A stretch of 64,000 bases of DNA. Origin: Auanema rhodensis (taxonomy: Eukaryota; Animalia; Nematoda). Positions within the stretch are counted from its first letter, which is position 1; every line of letters begins with the position of its first letter. The notes under the pieces were generated by a model. That model saw only the letters and a program-made list of their open reading frames with translations. It had not been told where the DNA came from and made no database searches. Shown here in pieces: positions 14,401 through 30,100 of this stretch. Made by a program: the position numbers and the translations under genes. The stretch lies in assembly GCA_964057225.1 (NCBI GenBank), contig OZ059898.1, positions 310,001 through 374,000 on the forward strand, written 5' to 3'.

Positions 14401-17400
14401 CGTGAAGCGAGTTACATACCAAGTGCACATCACGTGTACATTTAATTAGCATAAATTAAAGTTCACGTAAATTTCAAAGTCATGGTTACCATGAACCAAT
14501 ATCAATAAAAATTTGTTTTTAGACTAATATGGACATGGGGAATCTAATTTTGAAAACCGTATCTCTTTATCTTTCACGTGAAGCGAGTTACATACCAAGT
14601 GCACATCACGTGTACATTTAATTAGCATAAATTAAAGTTCACGTAAATTTCAAAGTCATGGTTACCATGCACCAATATCAATAAAAATTTGTTTTTAGAC
14701 TAATATGGACATGGGGAATCTAATTTTGAAAACCACATCTCTTCATCTTTCACGTGAAGCGATTTACATACCAAGTGCACATCACGTGTACAATTAATTA
14801 GCATAAATTAAAGTTCACGTAAATTTCAAAGTCATGGTTACCATGAACCATTATCAATAAAAATTTGTTTTTAGACTAATATGGACATGGGGAATCTAAT
14901 TTTGAAAACCGCATCTCTTTATCTTTCACGTGAAGCGAGTTACATACCAAGTGCACATCACGTGTACATTTAATTAGCATAAATTAAAGTTCACGTAAAT
15001 TTCAAAGTCATGGTTACCATGCACCAATATCAATAAAAATTTGTTTTTAGACTAATATGGACATGGGGAATCTAATTTTGAAAACCGCATCTCTTTATCT
15101 TTCACGTGAAGCGAGTTACATACCAAGTGCACATCACGTGTACATTTAATTAGCATAAATTAAAGTTCACGTAAATTTCAAAGTCATGGTTACCATGAAG
15201 CAATATCAATAAAAATTTGTTTTTAGACTAATATGGACATGGGGAATCTAATTTTGAAAACCGCATCTCTTTATCTTTCACGTGAAGCGAGTTACATACC
15301 AAGTGCACATCACGTGTACATTTAATTAGCTTAAATTAAAGTTCACGTAAATTTCAAAGTCATGGTTACCATGAACCAATATCAATAAAAATTTGTTTTT
15401 AGACTAATATGGACATGGGGAATCTAATTTTGAAAACCGCATCTCTTTATCTTTCACGTGAAGCGAGTTACATACCAAGTGCACATCACGTGTACATTTA
15501 ATTAGCATAAATTAAAGTTCACGTAAATTTCAAAGTCATGGTTACCATGCACCAATATCAATAAAAATTTGTTTTTAGACTAATATGGACATGGGGAATC
15601 TAATTTTGAAAACCGCATCTCTTTATCTTTCACGTGAAGCGAGTTACATACCAAGTGCACATCACGTGTACATTTAATTAGCATAAATTAAAGTTCACGT
15701 AAATTTCAAAGTCATGGTTACCATGCACCAATATCAATAAAAATTTGTTTTTAGACTAATATGGACATGGGGAATCTAATTTTGAAAACCGCATCTCTTT
15801 ATCTTTCACGTGAAGCGAGTTACATACCAAGTGCACATCACGTGTACATTTAATTAGCATAAATTAAAGTTCACGTAAATTTCAAAGTCATGGTTACCAT
15901 GAACCAATATCAATAAAAATTTGTTTTTAGACTAATATGGACATGGGGAATCTAATTTTGAAAACCGCATCTCTTTATCTTTCACGTGAAGCGAGTTACA
16001 TACTAAGTGCACATCACGTGTACATTTAATTAGCATAAATTAAAGTTCACGTAAATTTCAAAGTCATGGTTACCATGAAGCAATATCAATAAAAATTTGT
16101 TTTTAGACTAATATGGACATGGGGAATCTAATTTTGAAAACCGCATCTCTTTATCTTTCACGTGAAGCGAGTTACATACCAAGTGCACATCACGTGTACA
16201 TTTAATTAGCATAAATTAAAGTTCACGTAAATTTCAAAGTCATGGTTACCATGAAGCAATATCAATAAAAATTTGTTTTTAGACTAATATGGACATGGGG
16301 AATCTAATTTTGAAAACCGCATCTCTTTATCTTTCACGTGAAGCGAGTTACATACCAAGTGCACATCACGTGTACATTTAATTAGCATAAATTAAAATTC
16401 ACGTAAATTTCAAAGTCATGGTTACCATGAACCAATATCAATAAAAATTTGTTTTTAGACTAATATGGACATGGGGAATCTAATTTTGAAAACCGCATCT
16501 CTTTATCTTTCACGTGAAGCGAGTTACATACCAAGTGCACATCACGTGTACATTTAATTAGCATAAATTAAAGTTCACGTAAATTTCAAAGTCATGGTTA
16601 CCATGAACCAATATCAATAAAAATTTGTTTTTAGACTAATATGGACATGGGGAATCTAATTTTGAAAACCGCATCTCTTCATCGTTCACGTGAAGCGAGT
16701 TACATACCAAGTGCACATCACGTGTACATTTAATTAGCATAAATTAAAGTTCACGTAAATTTCAAAGTCATGGTTACCATGAAGCAATATCAATAAAAAT
16801 TTGTTTTCAGACTAATATGGACATGGGGAATCTAATTTTGAAAACCGCATCTCTTTATCTTTCACGTGAAGCGAGTTACATACCAAGTGCACATCACGTG
16901 TACATTTAATTAGCATAAATTAAAGTTCACGTAAATTTCAAAGTCATGGTTACCATGAACCAATATCAATAAAAATTTGTTTTTAGACTAATATGGACAT
17001 GGGGAATCTAATTTTGAAAACCGCATCTCTTTATCTTTCACGTGAAGCGAGTTACATACCAAGTGCACATCACGTGTACATTTAATTAGCATAAATTAAA
17101 GTTCACGTAAATTTCAAAGTCATGGTTACCATGCACCAATATCAATAAAAATTTGTTTTTAGACTAATATGGACATGGGGAATCTAATTTTGAAAACCGC
17201 ATCTCTTTATCTTTCACGTGAAGCGAGTTACATACCAAGTGCACATCACGTGTACATTTAATTAGCATAAATTAAAGTTCACGTAAATTTCAAAGTCATG
17301 GTTACCATGAAGCAATATCAATAAAAATTTGTTTTTAGACTAATATGGACATGGGGAATCTAATTTTGAAAACCGCATCTCTTTATCTTTCACGTGAAGC

Positions 17401-20400
17401 GAGTTACATACCAAGTGCACATCACGTGTACATTTAATTAGCTTAAATTAAAGTTCACGTAAATTTCAAAGTCATGGTTACCATGAACCAATATCAATAA
17501 AAATTTGTTTTTAGACTAATATGGACATGGGGAATCTAATTTTGAAAACCGCATCTCTTTATCTTTCACGTGAAGCGAGTTACATACCAAGTGCACATCA
17601 CGTGTACATTTAATTAGCATAAATTAAAGTTCACGTAAATTTCAAAGTCATGGTTACCATGCACCAATATCAATAAAAATTTGTTTTTAGACTAATATGG
17701 ACATGGGGAATCTAATTTTGAAAACCGCATCTCTTTATCTTTCACGTGAAGCGAGTTACATACCAAGTGCACATCACGTGTACATTTAATTAGCATAAAT
17801 TAAAGTTCACGTAAATTTCAAAGTCATGGTTACCATGCACCAATATCAATAAAAATTTGTTTTTAGACTAATATGGACATGGGGAATCTAATTTTGAAAA
17901 CCGCATCTCTTTATCTTTCACGTGAAGCGAGTTACATACCAAGTGCACATCACGTGTACATTTAATTAGCATAAATTAAAGTTCACGTAAATTTCAAAGT
18001 CATGGTTACCATGAACCAATATCAATAAAAATTTGTTTTTAGACTAATATGGACATGGGGAATCTAATTTTGAAAACCGCATCTCTTTATCTTTCACGTG
18101 AAGCGAGTTACATACTAAGTGCACATCACGTGTACATTTAATTAGCATAAATTAAAGTTCACGTAAATTTCAAAGTCATGGTTACCATGAAGCAATATCA
18201 ATAAAAATTTGTTTTTAGACTAATATGGACATGGGGAATCTAATTTTGAAAACCGCATCTCTTTATCTTTCACGTGAAGCGAGTTACATACCAAGTGCAC
18301 ATCACGTGTACATTTAATTAGCATAAATTAAAGTTCACGTAAATTTCAAAGTCATGGTTACCATGAAGCAATATCAATAAAAATTTGTTTTTAGACTAAT
18401 ATGGACATGGGGAATCTAATTTTGAAAACCGCATCTCTTTATCTTTCACGTGAAGCGAGTTACATACCAAGTGCACATCACGTGTACATTTAATTAGCAT
18501 AAATTAAAATTCACGTAAATTTCAAAGTCATGGTTACCATGAACCAATATCAATAAAAATTTGTTTTTAGACTAATATGGACATGGGGAATCTAATTTTG
18601 AAAACCGCATCTCTTTATCTTTCACGTGAAGCGAGTTACATACTAAGTGCACATCACGTGTACATTTAATTAGCATAAATTAAAGTTCACGTAAATTTCA
18701 AAGTCATGGTTACCATGAAGCAATATCAATAAAAATTTGTTTTTAGACTAATATGGACATGGGGAATCTAATTTTGAAAACCGCATCTCTTTATCTTTCA
18801 CGTGAAGCGAGTTACATACCAAGTGCACATCACGTGTACATTTAATTAGCATAAATTAAAGTTCACGTAAATTTCAAAGTCATGGTTACCATGAAGCAAT
18901 ATCAATAAAAATTTGTTTTTAGACTAATATGGACATGGGGAATCTAATTTTGAAAACCGCATCTCTTTATCTTTCACGTGAAGCGAGTTACATACCAAGT
19001 GCACATCACGTGTACATTTAATTAGCATAAATTAAAATTCACGTAAATTTCAAAGTCATGGTTACCATGAACCAATATCAATAAAAATTTGTTTTTAGAC
19101 TAATATGGACATGGGGAATCTAATTTTGAAAACCGCATCTCTTTATCTTTCACGTGAAGCGAGTTACATACCAAGTGCACATCACGTGTACATTTAATTA
19201 GCATAAATTAAAGTTCACGTAAATTTCAAAGTCATGGTTACCATGAACCAATATCAATAAAAATTTGTTTTTAGACTAATATGGACATGGGGAATCTAAT
19301 TTTGAAAACCGCATCTCTTCATCGTTCACGTGAAGCGAGTTACATACCAAGTGCACATCACGTGTACATTTAATTAGCATAAATTAAAGTTCACGTAAAT
19401 TTCAAAGTCATGGTTACCATGCACCAATATCAATAAAAATTTGTTTTTAGACTAATATGGACATGGGGAATCTAATTTTGAAAACCGCATCTCTTTATCT
19501 TTCACGTGAAGCGAGTTACATACTAAGTGCACATCACGTGTACATTTAATTAGCATAAATTAAAGTTCACGTAAATTTCAAAGTCATGGTTACCATGAAG
19601 CAATATCAATAAAAATTTGTTTTTAGACTAATATGGACATGGGGAATCTAATTTTGAAAACCGCATCTCTTTATCTTTCACGTGAAGCGAGTTACATACC
19701 AAGTGCACATCACGTGTACATTTAATTAGCATAAATTAAAGTTCACGTAAATTTCAAAGTCATGGTTACCATGAAGCAATATCAATAAAAATTTGTTTTT
19801 AGACTAATATGGACATGGGGAATCTAATTTTGAAAACCGCATCTCTTTATCTTTCACGTGAAGCGAGTTACATACCAAGTGCACATCACGTGTACATTTA
19901 ATTAGCATAAATTAAAATTCACGTAAATTTCAAAGTCATGGTTACCATGAACCAATATCAATAAAAATTTGTTTTTAGACTAATATGGACATGGGGAATC
20001 TAATTTTGAAAACCGCATCTCTTTATCTTTCACGTGAAGCGAGTTACATACCAAGTGCACATCACGTGTACATTTAATTAGCATAAATTAAAGTTCACGT
20101 AAATTTCAAAGTCATGGTTACCATGAACCAATATCAATAAAAATTTGTTTTTAGACTAATATGGACATGGGGAATCTAATTTTGAAAACCGCATCTCTTC
20201 ATCGTTCACGTGAAGCGAGTTACATACCAAGTGCACATCACGTGTACATTTAATTAGCATAAATTAAAGTTCACGTAAATTTCAAAGTCATGGTTACCAT
20301 GCACCAATATCAATAAAAATTTGTTTTTAGACTAATATGGACATGGGGAATCTAATTTTGAAAACCGCATCTCTTTATCTTTCACGTGAAGCGAGTTACA

Positions 20401-23400
20401 TACCAAGTGCACATCACGTGTACATTTAATTAGCATAAATTAAAGTTCACGTAAATTTCAAAGTCATGGTTACCATGAACCAATATCAATAAAAATTTGT
20501 TTTTAGACTAATATGGACATGGGGAATCTAATTTTGAAAACCGCATCTCTTTATCTTTCACGTGAAGCGAGTTACATACTAAGTGCACATCACGTGTACA
20601 TTTAATTAGCATAAATTAAAGTTCACGTAAATTTCAAAGTCATGGTTACCATGAAGCAATATCAATAAAAATTTGTTTTTAGACTAATATGGACATGGGG
20701 AATCTAATTTTGAAAACCGCATCTCTTTATCTTTCACGTGAAGCGAGTTACATACCAAGTGCACATCACGTGTACATTTAATTAGCATAAATTAAAGTTC
20801 ACGTAAATTTCAAAGTCATGGTTACCATGAAGCAATATCAATAAAAATTTGTTTTTAGACTAATATGGACATGGGGAATCTAATTTTGAAAACCGCATCT
20901 CTTTATCTTTCACGTGAAGCGAGTTACATACCAAGTGCACATCACGTGTACATTTAATTAGCATAAATTAAAATTCACGTAAATTTCAAAGTCATGGTTA
21001 CCATGAACCAATATCAATAAAAATTTGTTTTTAGACTAATATGGACATGGGGAATCTAATTTTGAAAACCGCATCTCTTTATCTTTCACGTGAAGCGAGT
21101 TACATACCAAGTGCACATCACGTGTACATTTAATTAGCATAAATTAAAGTTCACGTAAATTTCAAAGTCATGGTTACCATGAACCAATATCAATAAAAAT
21201 TTGTTTTTAGACTAATATGGACATGGGGAATCTAATTTTGAAAACCGCATCTCTTCATCGTTCACGTGAAGCGAGTTACATACCAAGTGCACATCACGTG
21301 TACATTTAATTAGCATAAATTAAAGTTCACGTAAATTTCAAAGTCATGGTTACCATGCACCAATATCAATAAAAATTTGTTTTTAGACTAATATGGACAT
21401 GGGGAATCTAATTTTGAAAACCGCATCTCTTTATCTTTCACGTGAAGCGAGTTACATACCAAGTGCACATCACGTGTACATTTAATTAGCATAAATTAAA
21501 GTTCACGTAAATTTCAAAGTCATGGTTACCATGAACCAATATCAATAAAAATTTGTTTTTAGACTAATATGGACATGGGGAATCTAATTTTGAAAACCGC
21601 ATCTCTTTATCTTTCACGTGAAGCGAGTTACATACCAAGTGCACATCACGTGTACATTTAATTAGCATAAATTAAAGTTCACGTAAATTTCAAAGTCATG
21701 GTTACCATGAAGCAATATCAATAAAAATTTGTTTTTAGACTAATATGGACATGGGGAATCTAATTTTGAAAACCGCATCTCTTTATCTTTCACGTGAAGC
21801 GAGTTACATACCAAGTGCACATCACGTGTACATTTAATTAGCATAAATTAAAGTTCACGTAAATTTCAAAGTCATGGTTACCATGAACCAATATCAATAA
21901 AAATTTGTTTTTAGACTAATATGGACATGGGGAATCTAATTTTGAAAACCGCATCTCTTCATCGTTCACGTGAAGCGAGTTACATACCAAGTGCACATCA
22001 CGTGTACATTTAATTAGCATAAATTAAAGTTCACGTAAATTTCAAAGTCATGGTTACCATGCACCAATATCAATAAAAATTTGTTTTTAGACTAATATGG
22101 ACATGGGGAATCTAATTTTGAAAACCGCATCTCTTTATCTTTCACGTGAAGCGAGTTACATACCAAGTGCACATCACGTGTACATTTAATTAGCATAAAT
22201 TAAAGTTCACGTAAATTTCAAAGTCATGGTTACCATGAACCAATATCAATAAAAATTTGTTTTTAGACTAATATGGACATGGGGAATCTAATTTTGAAAA
22301 CCGCATCTCTTTATCTTTCACGTGAAGCGAGTTACATACTAAGTGCACATCACGTGTACATTTAATTAGCATAAATTAAAGTTCACGTAAATTTCAAAGT
22401 CATGGTTACCATGAAGCAATATCAATAAAAATTTGTTTTTAGACTAATATGGACATGGGGAATCTAATTTTGAAAACCGCATCTCTTTATCTTTCACGTG
22501 AAGCGAGTTACATACCAAGTGCACATCACGTGTACATTTAATTAGCATAAATTAAAGTTCACGTAAATTTCAAAGTCATGGTTACCATGAAGCAATATCA
22601 ATAAAAATTTGTTTTTAGACTAATATGGACATGGGGAATCTAATTTTGAAAACCGCATCTCTTTATCTTTCACGTGAAGCGAGTTACATACCAAGTGCAC
22701 ATCACGTGTACATTTAATTAGCATAAATTAAAATTCACGTAAATTTCAAAGTCATGGTTACCATGAACCAATATCAATAAAAATTTGTTTTTAGACTAAT
22801 ATGGACATGGGGAATCTAATTTTGAAAACCGCATCTCTTTATCTTTCACGTGAAGCGAGTTACATACCAAGTGCACATCACGTGTACATTTAATTAGCAT
22901 AAATTAAAGTTCACGTAAATTTCAAAGTCATGGTTACCATGAACCAATATCAATAAAAATTTGTTTTTAGACTAATATGGACATGGGGAATCTAATTTTG
23001 AAAACCGCATCTCTTCATCGTTCACGTGAAGCGAGTTACATACCAAGTGCACATCACGTGTACATTTAATTAGCATAAATTAAAGTTCACGTAAATTTCA
23101 AAGTCATGGTTACCATGCACCAATATCAATAAAAATTTGTTTTTAGACTAATATGGACATGGGGAATCTAATTTTGAAAACCGCATCTCTTTATCTTTCA
23201 CGTGAAGCGAGTTACATACCAAGTGCACATCACGTGTACATTTAATTAGCATAAATTAAAGTTCACGTAAATTTCAAAGTCATGGTTACCATGAACCAAT
23301 ATCAATAAAAATTTGTTTTTAGACTAATATGGACATGGGGAATCTAATTTTGAAAACCGCATCTCTTTATCTTTCACGTGAAGCGAGTTACATACCAAGT

Positions 23401-24199
23401 GCACATCACGTGTACATTTAATTAGCATAAATTAAAGTTCACGTAAATTTCAAAGTCATGGTTACCATGAAGCAATATCAATAAAAATTTGTTTTTAGAC
23501 TAATATGGACATGGGGAATCTAATTTTGAAAACCGCATCTCTTTATCTTTCACGTGAAGCGAGTTACATACCAAGTGCACATCACGTGTACATTTAATTA
23601 GCATAAATTAAAGTTCACGTAAATTTCAAAGTCATGGTTACCATGAAGCAATATCAATAAAAATTTGTTTTTAGACTAATATGGACATGGGGAATCTAAT
23701 TTTGAAAACCGCATCTCTTTATCTTTCACGTGAAGCGAGTTACATACCAAGTGCACATCACGTGTACATTTAATTAGCATAAATTAAAGTTCACGTAAAA
23801 TTCAAAGTCATGGTTACCATGAACCAATATCAATAAAATGTTGTTTTTAGACTAATATGGACATGGGGAATCTAATTTTGAAAACCGCATCTCTTTATCT
23901 TTCACGTGAAGCGAGTTACATACCAAGTGCACATCACGTGTACATTTAATTAGCATAAATTAAAGTTCACGTAAATTTCAAAGTCATGGTTACCATGAAC
24001 CAATATCAATAAAAATTTGTTTTTAGACTAATATGGACATGGGGAATCTAATTTTGAAAACCGCATCTCTTTATCTTTCACGTGAAGCGAGTTACATACC
24101 AAGTGCACATCACGTGTACATTTAATTAGCATAAATTAAAGTTCACGTAAAATTCAAAGTCATGGTTACCATGAACCAATATCAATAAAAATTTGTTTT

Positions 24200-27100
24200 T
24201 AGACTAATATGGACATGGGGAATCTAATTTTGAAAACCGCATCTCTTTATCTTTCACGTGAAGCGAGTTACATACCAAGTGCACATCACGTGTACATTTG
24301 ATTAGCATAAATTAAAGTTCACGTAAATTTCAAAGTCATGGTTACCATGAAGCAATATCAATAAAAATTTGTTTTTAGACTAATATGGACATGGGGAATC
24401 TAATTTTGAAAACCACATCTCTTTATCTTTCACGTGAAGCGAGTTACATACCAAGTGCACATCACGTGTACATTTAATTAGCATAAATTAAAGTTCACGT
24501 AAATTTCAAAGTCATGGTTACCATGAACCAATATCAATAAAAATTTGTTTTTAGACTAATATGGACATGGGGAATCTAATTTTGAAAACCGTATCTCTTT
24601 ATCTTTCACGTGAAGCGAGTTACATACCAAGTGCACATCACGTGTACATTTAATTAGCATAAATTAAAGTTCACGTAAATTTCAAAGTCATGGTTACCAT
24701 GCACCAATATCAATAAAAATTTGTTTTTAGACTAATATGGACATGGGGAATCTAATTTTGAAAACCGCATCTCTTTATCTTTCACGTGAAGCGATTTACA
24801 TACCAAGTGCACATCACGTGTACAATTAATTAGCATAAATTAAAGTTCACGTAAATTTCAAAGTCATGGTTACCATGAACCATTATCAATAAAAATTTGT
24901 TTTTAGACTAATATGGACATGGGGAATCTAATTTTGAAAACCGCATCTCTTTATCTTTCACGTGAAGCGAGTTACATACCAAGTGCACATCACGTGTACA
25001 TTTAATTAGCATAAATTAAAGTTCACGTAAATTTCAAAGTCATGGTTACCATGAAGCAATATCAATAAAAATTTGTTTTTAGACTAATATGGACATGGGG
25101 AATCTAATTTTGAAAACCGCATCTCTTTATCTTTCACGTGAAGCGAGTTACATACCAAGTGCACATCACGTGTACATTTAATTAGCATAAATTAAAGTTC
25201 ACGTAAATTTCAAAGTCATGGTTACCATGAACCAATATCAATAAAAATTTGTTTTTAGACTAATATGGACATGGGGAATCTAATTTTGAAAACCGCATCT
25301 CTTTATCTTTCACGTGAAGCGAGTTACATACCAAGTGCACATCACGTGTACATTTAATTAGCATAAATTAAAGTTCACGTAAATTTCAAAGTCATGGTTA
25401 CCATGCACCAATATCAATAAAAATTTGTTTTTAGACTAATATGGACATGGGGAATCTAATTTTGAAAACCGCATCTCTTTATCTTTCACGTGAAGCGAGT
25501 TACATACCAAGTGCACATCACGTGTACATTTAATTAGCATAAATTAAAGTTCACGTAAATTTCAAAGTCATGGTTACCATGAAGCAATATCAATAAAAAT
25601 TTGTTTTTAGACTAATATGGACATGGGGAATCTAATTTTGAAAACCGCATCTCTTTATCTTTCACGTGAAGCGAGTTACATACCAAGTGCACATCACGTG
25701 TACATTTAATTAGCTTAAATTAAAGTTCACGTAAATTTCAAAGTCATGGTTACCATGAACCAATATCAATAAAAATTTGTTTTTAGACTAATATGGACAT
25801 GGGGAATCTAATTTTGAAAACCGCATCTCTTTATCTTTCACGTGAAGCGAGTTACATACCAAGTGCACATCACGTGTACATTTAATTAGCATAAATTAAA
25901 GTTCACGTAAATTTCAAAGTCATGGTTACCATGCACCAATATCAATAAAAATTTGTTTTTAGACTAATATGGACATGGGGAATCTAATTTTGAAAACCGC
26001 ATCTCTTTATCTTTCACGTGAAGCGAGTTACATACCAAGTGCACATCACGTGTACATTTAATTAGCATAAATTAAAGTTCACGTAAATTTCAAAGTCATG
26101 GTTACCATGCACCAATATCAATAAAAATTTGTTTTTAGACTAATATGGACATGGGGAATCTAATTTTGAAAACCGCATCTCTTTATCTTTCACGTGAAGC
26201 GAGTTACATACCAAGTGCACATCACGTGTACATTTAATTAGCATAAATTAAAGTTCACGTAAATTTCAAAGTCATGGTTACCATGAAGCAATATCAATAA
26301 AAATTTGTTTTTAGACTAATATGGACATGGGGAATCTAATTTTGAAAACCGCATCTCTTTATCTTTCACGTGAAGCGAGTTACATACCAAGTGCACATCA
26401 CGTGTACATTTAATTAGCATAAATTAAAATTCACGTAAATTTCAAAGTCATGGTTACCATGAACCAATATCAATAAAAATTTGTTTTTAGACTAATATGG
26501 ACATGAAGAATCTAATTTTGAAAACCGCATCTCTTTATCTTTCACGTGAAGCGAGTTACATACCAAGTGCACATCACGTGTACATTTAATTAGCATAAAT
26601 TAAAGTTCACGTAAATTTCAAAGTCATGGTTACCATGAACCAATATCAATAAAAATTTGTTTTTAGACTAATATGGACATGGGGAATCTAATTTTGAAAA
26701 CCGCATCTCTTCATCGTTCACGTGAAGCGAGTTACATACCAAGTGCACATCACGTGTACATTTAATTAGCATAAATTAAAGTTCACGTAAACTTCAAAGT
26801 CATGGTTACCATGCACCAATATCAATAAAAATTTGTTTTTAGACTAATATGGACATGGGGAATCTAATTTTGAAAACCGCATCTCTTTATCTTTCACGTG
26901 AAGCGAGTTACATACTAAGTGCACATCACGTGTACATTTAATTAGCATAAATTAAAGTTCACGTAAATTTCAAAGTCATGGTTACCATGAAGCAATATCA
27001 ATAAAAATTTGTTTTTAGACTAATATGGACATGGGGAATCTAATTTTGAAAACCGCATCTCTTTATCTTTCACGTGAAGCGAGTTACATACCAAGTGCAC

Positions 27101-30100
27101 ATCACGTGTACATTTAATTAGCATAAATTAAAGTTCACGTAAATTTCAAAGTCATGGTTACCATGAAGCAATATCAATAAAAATTTGTTTTTAGACTAAT
27201 ATGGACATGGGGAATCTAATTTTGAAAACCGCATCTCTTTATCTTTCACGTGAAGCGAGTTACATACCAAGTGCACATCACGTGTACATTTAATTAGCAT
27301 AAATTAAAATTCACGTAAATTTCAAAGTCATGGTTACCATGAACCAATATCAATAAAAATTTGTTTTTAGACTAATATGGACATGGGGAATCTAATTTTG
27401 AAAACCGCATCTCTTTATCTTTCACGTGAAGCGAGTTACATACCAAGTGCACATCACGTGTACATTTAATTAGCATAAATTAAAGTTCACGTAAATTTCA
27501 AAGTCATGGTTACCATGAACCAATATCAATAAAAATTTGTTTTTAGACTAATATGGACATGGGGAATCTAATTTTGAAAACCGCATCTCTTCATCGTTCA
27601 CGTGAAGCGAGTTACATACCAAGTGCACATCACGTGTACATTTAATTAGCATAAATTAAAGTTCACGTAAATTTCAAAGTCATGATATCAATAAAAACCA
27701 ATATCAATAAAAATTTGTTTTTAGACTAATATGGACATGGGGAATCTAATTTTGAAAACCGCATCTCTTTATCTTTCACGTGAAGCGAGTTACATACCAA
27801 GTGCACATCACGTGTACATTTAATTAGCATAAATTAAAGTTCACGTAAATTTCAAAGTCATGGTTACCATGAACCAATATCAATAAAAATTTGTTTTTAG
27901 ACTAATATGGACATGGGGAATCTAATTTTGAAAACCGCATCTCTTTATCTTTCACGTGAAGCGAGTTACATACCAAGTGCACATCACGTGTACATTTAAT
28001 TAGCATAAATTAAAGTTCACGTAAATTTCAAAGTCATGGTTACCATGAAGCAATATCAATAAAAATTTGTTTTTAGACTAATATGGACATGGGGAATCTA
28101 ATTTTGAAAACCGCATCTCTTTATCTTTCACGTGAAGCGAGTTACATACCAAGTGCACATCACGTGTACATTTTATTAGCATAAATTAAAGTTCACGTAA
28201 AATTCAAAGTCATGGTTACCATGAACCAATATCAATAAAATGTTGTTTTTAGACTAATATGGACATGGGGAATCTAATTTTGAAAACCGCATCTCTTTAT
28301 CTTTCACGTGAAGCGAGTTACATACCAAGTGCACATCACGTGTACATTTAATTAGCATAAATTAAAGTTCAAGTAAATTTCAAAGTCATGGTTACCATGA
28401 ACCAATATCAATAAAAATTTGTTTTTAGACTAATATGGACATGGGGAATCTAATTTTGAAAACCGCATCTCTTTATCTTTCACGTGAAGCGAGTTACATA
28501 CCAAGTGCACATCACGTGTACATTTAATTAGCATAAATTAAAGTTCACGTAAAATTCAAAGTCATGGTTACCATGAACCAATATCAATAAAAATTTGTTT
28601 TTAGACTAATATGGACATGGGGAATCTAATTTTGAAAACCGCATCTCTTTATCTTTCACGTGAAGCGAGTTACATACCAAGTGCACATCACGTGTACATT
28701 TGATTAGCATAAATTAAAGTTCACGTAAATTTCAAAGTCATGGTTACCATGAAGCAATATCAATAAAAATTTGTTTTTAGACTAATATGGACATGGGGAA
28801 TCTAATTTTGAAAACCACATCTCTTTATCTTTCACGTGAAGCGAGTTACATACCAAGTGCACATCACGTGTACATTTAATTAGCATAAATTAAAGTTCAC
28901 GTAAATTTCAAAGTCATGGTTACCATGAACCAATATCAATAAAAATTTGTTTTTAGACTAATATGGACATGGGGAATCTAATTTTGAAAACCGTATCTCT
29001 TTATCTTTCACGTGAAGCGAGTTACATACCAAGTGCACATCACGTGTACATTTAATTAGCATAAATTAAAGTTCACGTAAATTTCAAAGTCATGGTTACC
29101 ATGCACCAATATCAATAAAAATTTGTTTTTAGACTAATATGGACATGGGGAATCTAATTTTGAAAACCGCATCTCTTCATCTTTCACGTGAAGCGAGTTA
29201 CATACCAAGTGCACATCACGTGTACATTTAATTAGCATAAATTAAAGTTCACGTAAATTTCAAAGTCATGGTTACCATGCACCAATATCAATAAAAATTT
29301 GTTTTTAGACTAATATGGACATGGGGAATCTAATTTTGAAAACCGCATCTCTTTATCTTTCACGTGAAGCGATTTACATACCAAGTGCACATCACGTGTA
29401 CAATTAATTAGCATAAATTAAAGTTCACGTAAATTTCAAAGTCATGGTTACCATGAACCATTATCAATAAAAATTTGTTTTTAGACTAATATGGACATGG
29501 GGAATCTAATTTTGAAAACCGCATCTCTTTATCTTTCACGTGAAGCGAGTTACATACCAAGTGCACATCACGTGTACATTTAATTAGCATAAATTAAAGT
29601 TCACGTAAATTTCAAAGTCATGGTTACCATGAACCAATATCGATAAAAATTTGTTTTTAGACTAATATGGACATGGGGAATCTAATTTTGAAAACCGCAT
29701 CTCTTTATCTTTCACGTGAAGCGAGTTACATACCAAGTGCACATCACGTGTACATTTAATTAGCATAAATTAAAGTTCACGTAAATTTCAAAGTCATGGT
29801 TACCATGAACCAATATCAATAAAAATTTGTTTTTAGACTAATATGGACATGGGGAATCTAGTTTTGGAAACCGCATCTCTTTATCTTTCACGTGAAGCGA
29901 GTTACATACCAAGTGCACATCACGTGTACATTTAATTAGCATAAATTAAAATTCACGTAAATTTCAAAGTCATGGTTACCATGAACCAATATCAATAAAA
30001 ATTTGTTTTTAGACTAATATGGACATGGGGAATCTAATTTTGAAAACCGCATCTCTTTATCTTTCACGTGAAGCGAGTTACATACCAAGTGCACATCACG

